Source of the DNA: a bacterium
Lineage (GTDB): Bacteria; Zhuqueibacterota; Zhuqueibacteria; Residuimicrobiales; Krinioviventaceae
Length of the DNA: 64,000 nucleotides
NCBI GenBank assembly: GCA_963675755.2
Contig: CAXXMD010000002.1
Span: 1,568,001-1,632,000, forward strand
Direction of reading: 5' to 3'
The position numbers and the translations under genes are program-made. Shown here in pieces: positions 59,948-64,000 of the stretch; positions within the stretch are counted from its first letter, which is position 1; each line of letters opens with the position of its first letter. The notes beneath the pieces were generated by a model that saw only the letters and a program-made list of their open reading frames with translations, was not told the DNA's origin and ran no database searches.

Positions 59948-60337
59948 TTATCTTGCTGCGAAAAAATTGTTCAGCTTGTTATAGACATCGTTGAAAAATA
60001 CCTTGGGATCAATTTCTTCGGTGTCAATGTGTTCAATTAAATCTTTGTCTTTCAACAAATCCAGGGTCATTTTTGCATTTACCCGGATATATGCTTTGTC
60101 ATCTTTGTTGCTCATTTTCTTCAACAAGGAAGTAAATTCATAAGCATCAAAATCGGGATACTGTGAAGTAAGAACTACAATCTGTTTCAGTGCACTGTTA
60201 CGTACACCAGCATTATCTGATTGTAAAGCCAATTTGTAAGCTTTTTCTGCTTGTTCCAACTTTTTAGATGAAACCTCTGCACTTGCAAGTCCTACCAGTG
60301 TAAGCAGTACCAGTAATATAGCCGTTCCTTTTTTCAT
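59948..60337 (-). CDS. Small secreted HEAT-like alpha-helical protein
   Basis: Signal peptide; LQSDNAGVRNSAL and D...IRVNA HEAT-like motifs. Confidence 0.75.
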   Translation of the reverse strand: MKKGTAILLVLLTLVGLASAEVSSKKLEQAEKAYKLALQSDNAGVRNSALKQIVVLTSQYPDFDAYEFTSLLKKMSNKDDKAYIRVNAKMTLDLLKDKDLIEHIDTEEIDPKVFFNDVYNKLNNFFAAR

Positions 60338-60422
60338 GATGTTTCCCCTTTCCTTATGTTAAATTTTAAAATTACCACTTGATGTTAGTGATGTTTTCCT
60401 TTATGTATTTGCTTCTGTCTTA

Positions 60423-60438
60423 TACAAGAGTTGTGCCA
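60423..60438 (-). promoter_or_regulatory. Probable sigma-54 promoter
   Basis: Minus strand TGGCACAACTCTTGTA, about 85 nt upstream of the ATG at 60337; the -12 element is GT instead of GC. Confidence 0.5.
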
Positions 60439-60511
60439 AAAAAAGCACATAACCACAACTCATTATTATACATGTACTTATACATAAAATATGAATTGTA
60501 AAAAAAATGCT

Positions 60512-60624
60512 CATGGGTGCCACAAAAATCATACAAAATTGTAGAAACGAACATAACATATTAAAGAATAAACACTTGCTAAAAATGTCATTTTGTAGCT
60601 ACTTGCATAATTGTGGCACCCATG
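60512..60624. repeat. Perfect 14-bp inverted repeat flanking 85 bp in a divergent promoter region
   Basis: CATGGGTGCCACAA (60512-60525) and TTGTGGCACCCATG (60611-60624). Confidence 0.85.
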
Positions 60625-60710
60625 GAAAAATCCCAAAATCTTATTTTACCATAATTGATCTTGATTCTTGGCAAATAATCCTTATATTCAATATAAAATT
60701 TGGAGATTTT

Positions 60711-61850
60711 ATGGCTACACACCGGTCCGAAACAATCCCTCCCTTTATCGTTATGGAAGTTTTAGAACGCGCCCAGGAGCTTGAACGCCAGGGACGATCC
60801 ATAATTCATATGGAAATAGGTGAACCGGATTTTGATACACCTGCAAAAATCAAACAAGCTGCAATTGATGCAATCAACAGAAATGAAACTCACTATACCC
60901 ACAGCCTGGGAATAAAACCCCTTCGGGAAGCAATTGTACAGCACTATAAATCAAAATATAATGTAGAAATTGAACCAGATCAGGTGATTGTAACACAAGG
61001 AACGTCACCGGCCTTGCTGCTGATTCTGTGTGCATTATTGGAAACAGATGACGAAGCTATTATCACCAATCCCTGTTATGCCTGTTACCCCAATTTTATC
61101 AATTATATAGGTGGTGTTCCTGTTGATGTTCCACTATCTGCGGAAGATGGTTTTATTTTGACAGCCAATGCCGCAAGAAAAAAAATCACTGCCAAAACCA
61201 GAGCTATTCTTATCAATAGCCCATCCAATCCTACCGGTACACTATTACCGGCGCAACATATGAAGGAAATAGCAAACCTGGGCCCCACCATCATTTCAGA
61301 TGAAATTTATCATGGTCTGGTTTACGGTGAAAATGAGCATTCTATACTGGAATACACGGACAATGCGTTTGTATTAAACGGTTTTTCAAAATATTATGCA
61401 ATGACCGGATGGCGGCTGGGATACATCATTGCTCCTAAAGCATACATAAGGCCGATCCAAAAATCCCAACAAAATCTATTTATATGTGCATCATCTATTT
61501 CTCAATGGGCAGGTGTAGCAGCATTAACACAAGAACATCCCGAACTTTTAATAATGTTAAACACATATAATGAACGAAGACAATACCTTATCTTGGCTTT
61601 AAAAGAATTAGGTTTTAAATTAGCGGTTGAACCCAGGGGAGCGTTTTACATGCTTGCGGATGCACGGCATCTTGCTGATAATTCATATGATCTCGCAATG
61701 GATATATTGGACAAAACAGGTGTAGCCATTGATCCCGGTATAGATTTTGGCGTGCATGCAGAAGGATTCCTGCGATTTTCTTACGCCAATTCACTTGACA
61801 ACATTAAAGCTGCAATGAAAAGATTAGCAGGTTATGCTGAAAACAGATAA
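60711..61850 (+). CDS. PLP-dependent class I/II aminotransferase (AspAT-like)
   Basis: GEPDFDTP, NSPSNPTG, SDEIY and SKYYAMTGWRLG; likely start 60711 after GGAG RBS. Confidence 0.92.
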   Translation: MATHRSETIPPFIVMEVLERAQELERQGRSIIHMEIGEPDFDTPAKIKQAAIDAINRNETHYTHSLGIKPLREAIVQHYKSKYNVEIEPDQVIVTQGTSPALLLILCALLETDDEAIITNPCYACYPNFINYIGGVPVDVPLSAEDGFILTANAARKKITAKTRAILINSPSNPTGTLLPAQHMKEIANLGPTIISDEIYHGLVYGENEHSILEYTDNAFVLNGFSKYYAMTGWRLGYIIAPKAYIRPIQKSQQNLFICASSISQWAGVAALTQEHPELLIMLNTYNERRQYLILALKELGFKLAVEPRGAFYMLADARHLADNSYDLAMDILDKTGVAIDPGIDFGVHAEGFLRFSYANSLDNIKAAMKRLAGYAENR

Positions 61851-61939
61851 AAATTGGTTCTGTTTTTGAATTCATTTTGGTTTTTTACAAAATTATTATA
61901 AATTGAATTAATTCATTTATATTCACCGGAGGAAACGGT

Positions 61940-62473
61940 ATGAAAAGCCACTTTATATTTACATTATCTGGTCCGGACAGGATAGGTATTGTTGAAGAAA
62001 TCACTTCTATTATTTTAAAATACAATGGAAATGTAGATGCCAGCAAGATGGCACATCTGGGCGGAGAATTTGCTATACTTACACTAGTATCCGTACCCAC
62101 TGAAAAGCGGGACGAATTACAGCAGGAACTGGAAAAACTGAGTAATAAAGGTTTTCTGGTTGCTTTTAAAAATACAGAACCCGATGGTGAACAGAAATAC
62201 AAAGGCTGGCTTCCCTATCGCATACAAGTACATGGTGCGGACCATGAAGGTATTATCCATAATATTACCCGCCACCTTGCAGGTTCAGGGATCAACATTG
62301 AAAACATGGATACCAGTATGGTTCAAGCCCCAATGAGCGGCACCCCACTTTTTACGATGAACGCGGTTGTTGTTGTTCCACCCAACTTGTCATACAATAC
62401 CTGGAACGCCCAACTTTTTAAAGTATGTGACGAGGTAAATGTAAATTGTGATGTAACCCCTTATATGGGTTAG
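61940..62473 (+). CDS. GcvR-like double ACT-domain protein
   Basis: GPDRIGIV and GADHEGII ACT repeats. Confidence 0.85.
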   Translation: MKSHFIFTLSGPDRIGIVEEITSIILKYNGNVDASKMAHLGGEFAILTLVSVPTEKRDELQQELEKLSNKGFLVAFKNTEPDGEQKYKGWLPYRIQVHGADHEGIIHNITRHLAGSGINIENMDTSMVQAPMSGTPLFTMNAVVVVPPNLSYNTWNAQLFKVCDEVNVNCDVTPYMG

Positions 62474-62476
62474 GCA

Positions 62477-63643
62477 TCAATCCCTTTTTACACATCTAAA
62501 TCCCAAACCTGTTCCGCCAGCATTAGGGGCGCCCCCGCCTCTGTATGCAAGTAAAGAAACCGGTTTGTCGGGATCAATACCGGTACTCCATGCCCCACCT
62601 CTTATAACTTTGGCGGTCCCCGCTTTGGGACCTTGAGGGTCATTCAGGATCAGCTGTTTATAATAATCAGCATCATACCAGTCATTACACCATTCCGACA
62701 CATTGCCATTCATATCATAAATTCCCAGTTCATTGGGCTCCAAATGGCCAACCGGGCGAGTTGCAACAACTCCCTGAGCTCCATTTATGTTAAACCAGGC
62801 AACATCCATCCAGTTATCGCTACCGCTGTAAAAATAATTCTTGCTCATTTCACCGCCACGGGCCGCATATTCCCATTGGGCTTCAGTAGGGAGGTCTTTA
62901 CCATAATACTTTGCATACATTTTGGCCCCAAACCACGTTACATAAGCCACTGGATAAGATTCTTTTCCTTTATCGATAATAAATTTACCTTTTTCAAAGC
63001 AAAAATGATGAGGGAAATACCCAAACCAATAATCCCTGGCAACTAAAAAGACACCATCATGTGTAATATCTCCAAAATTATGCTCAATCAATCCTTCGGC
63101 ATAAGCCTGATTCAAAAACCTCACAAACTGCGCGTTGGTTACTTTATATTTATCCATATAAAAGCTTGAAATATGAACTTGATGCACAGGCTTGCAATTG
63201 TCCCGTCCATTTTCATCTCCCATAAAAAAATATCCCGCGCTAATAAATACCATTTCATCAGGATCATGCAATTCAATCTCAAGTGTGGTTGATTGCCCGT
63301 CGCTAACTTTGACATTACGTTGAACGCCAAAATACACCAAGGTACTGTCAATTATATAGTTTACAGCAACAACATATCTGTCACCTTTGGGAACAATCAG
63401 ACTCCCCTCAAAATGATCGCCCCTGTCGGAGAGCTCTATTTCTGCAATTTTATTATAAACATCAGAAGTTACAATGACCTCAATTTTTGAGTTACTCGAC
63501 AAACCCTTATCAAGCTGGCCATTGAGTGAAGATGGGAAAACCAGATCTAGCGCCAGGCTGCCGCCTAATTCAGGTTCTAAAGCAGTATTTTGACACCCTG
63601 ACATAACAACCAGTATAATCGCTGCTAAAAGTATGTTTCTCAA
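62477..63643 (-). CDS. Lipoprotein with C-terminal FGE-sulfatase-like (CLec) domain
   Basis: Lipobox MSGC; LPTEAQWEYAARGG, DMNGNVSEW and GFRC. Confidence 0.85.
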   Translation of the reverse strand: MRNILLAAIILVVMSGCQNTALEPELGGSLALDLVFPSSLNGQLDKGLSSNSKIEVIVTSDVYNKIAEIELSDRGDHFEGSLIVPKGDRYVVAVNYIIDSTLVYFGVQRNVKVSDGQSTTLEIELHDPDEMVFISAGYFFMGDENGRDNCKPVHQVHISSFYMDKYKVTNAQFVRFLNQAYAEGLIEHNFGDITHDGVFLVARDYWFGYFPHHFCFEKGKFIIDKGKESYPVAYVTWFGAKMYAKYYGKDLPTEAQWEYAARGGEMSKNYFYSGSDNWMDVAWFNINGAQGVVATRPVGHLEPNELGIYDMNGNVSEWCNDWYDADYYKQLILNDPQGPKAGTAKVIRGGAWSTGIDPDKPVSLLAYRGGGAPNAGGTGLGFRCVKRD

Positions 63644-63666
63644 TCCCCCTCAGAATTTTATAAAAA

Positions 63667-64000
63667 TTATAAATCATTTTTAATACAACGGAATCCCCAA
63701 TATTGCGTACCACTCGAAGGACCTGTTGCACTACGGTATGTTACATGGAATACAGAATAATCTTCTTCTCCCATCTGGCTTTCTCTATATTTGTCATACC
63801 AATTACCTCCTCGAAGCACTTTTGATCGGCCCTCTTCAGGACCTTGGGGATTGTAGAAAGGACTGCTGTTGTAATAATCTGCATTGTACCAGTCACTACA
63901 CCATTCAGAAAGGTTACCGCTCATATCATGAATACCAAGTTCATTTGGGTCAAGATGCCCAACAGGCCTTGTTAAACAATGAGAATCGATAGAACTTACT
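63667..64000 (-). CDS. FGE-sulfatase-like domain protein (partial, starts beyond the right edge)
   Basis: Open frame TRPVGHLDPNELGIHDMSGNLSEW...RGG...GFRC. Confidence 0.8.
   Translation of the reverse strand, partial: VSSIDSHCLTRPVGHLDPNELGIHDMSGNLSEWCSDWYNADYYNSSPFYNPQGPEEGRSKVLRGGNWYDKYRESQMGEEDYSVFHVTYRSATGPSSGTQYWGFRCIKNDL

Noticed and set aside
60507-60710. N-terminal extension of the aminotransferase in the ORF track
   Set aside because: Homology-like sequence and an RBS begin at ATG 60711. The extension covers promoter and inverted-repeat DNA.
60711-61850. LL-diaminopimelate aminotransferase completing the lysine pathway
   Set aside because: It shows only generic AspAT-like class I motifs, is unlinked to the asd operon, and has no specific supporting evidence.

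Overview
Gene-dense, AT-rich bacterial chromosomal window. No rRNA, tRNA, CRISPR array, transposase or phage gene is visible. The secreted proteins (FlgD/'YPNPFN'-type C-terminal domain, FGE and Fib_succ_major modules) suggest an FCB-group organism such as KSB1 or Calditrichota; this taxonomy is inference only. Contents from left to right: a >1300-aa secreted beta-helix repeat protein that runs off the left edge and is absent from the ORF track; ppk2; a Kef-type antiporter; an operon of DUF151 nuclease, ampG, namZ, three membrane-fusion proteins, a MacB-like permease and TolC with no ATPase; tpx; an asd operon; a trehalase-like gene with selB; a YfiR/TonB-receptor/histidine-kinase phosphorelay; a four-gene tandem array of FGE/Fib_succ_major surface proteins headed by a small FN3+CTD protein; a fucosidase/sulfatase/GH32 cluster; an AraC regulator; an aminotransferase; an ACT-domain protein; and two more FGE-domain genes. 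The top finding is an unannotated 20-codon Lys-rich leader peptide (MTIDMKKKTMKKTFKKSWAL) with a complete terminator/antiterminator. It sits upstream of asd, a Gfo/Idh/MocA oxidoreductase and a divergent DapA-like aldolase. This suggests ribosome-mediated lysine attenuation of a possibly non-canonical lysine/DAP biosynthetic module.
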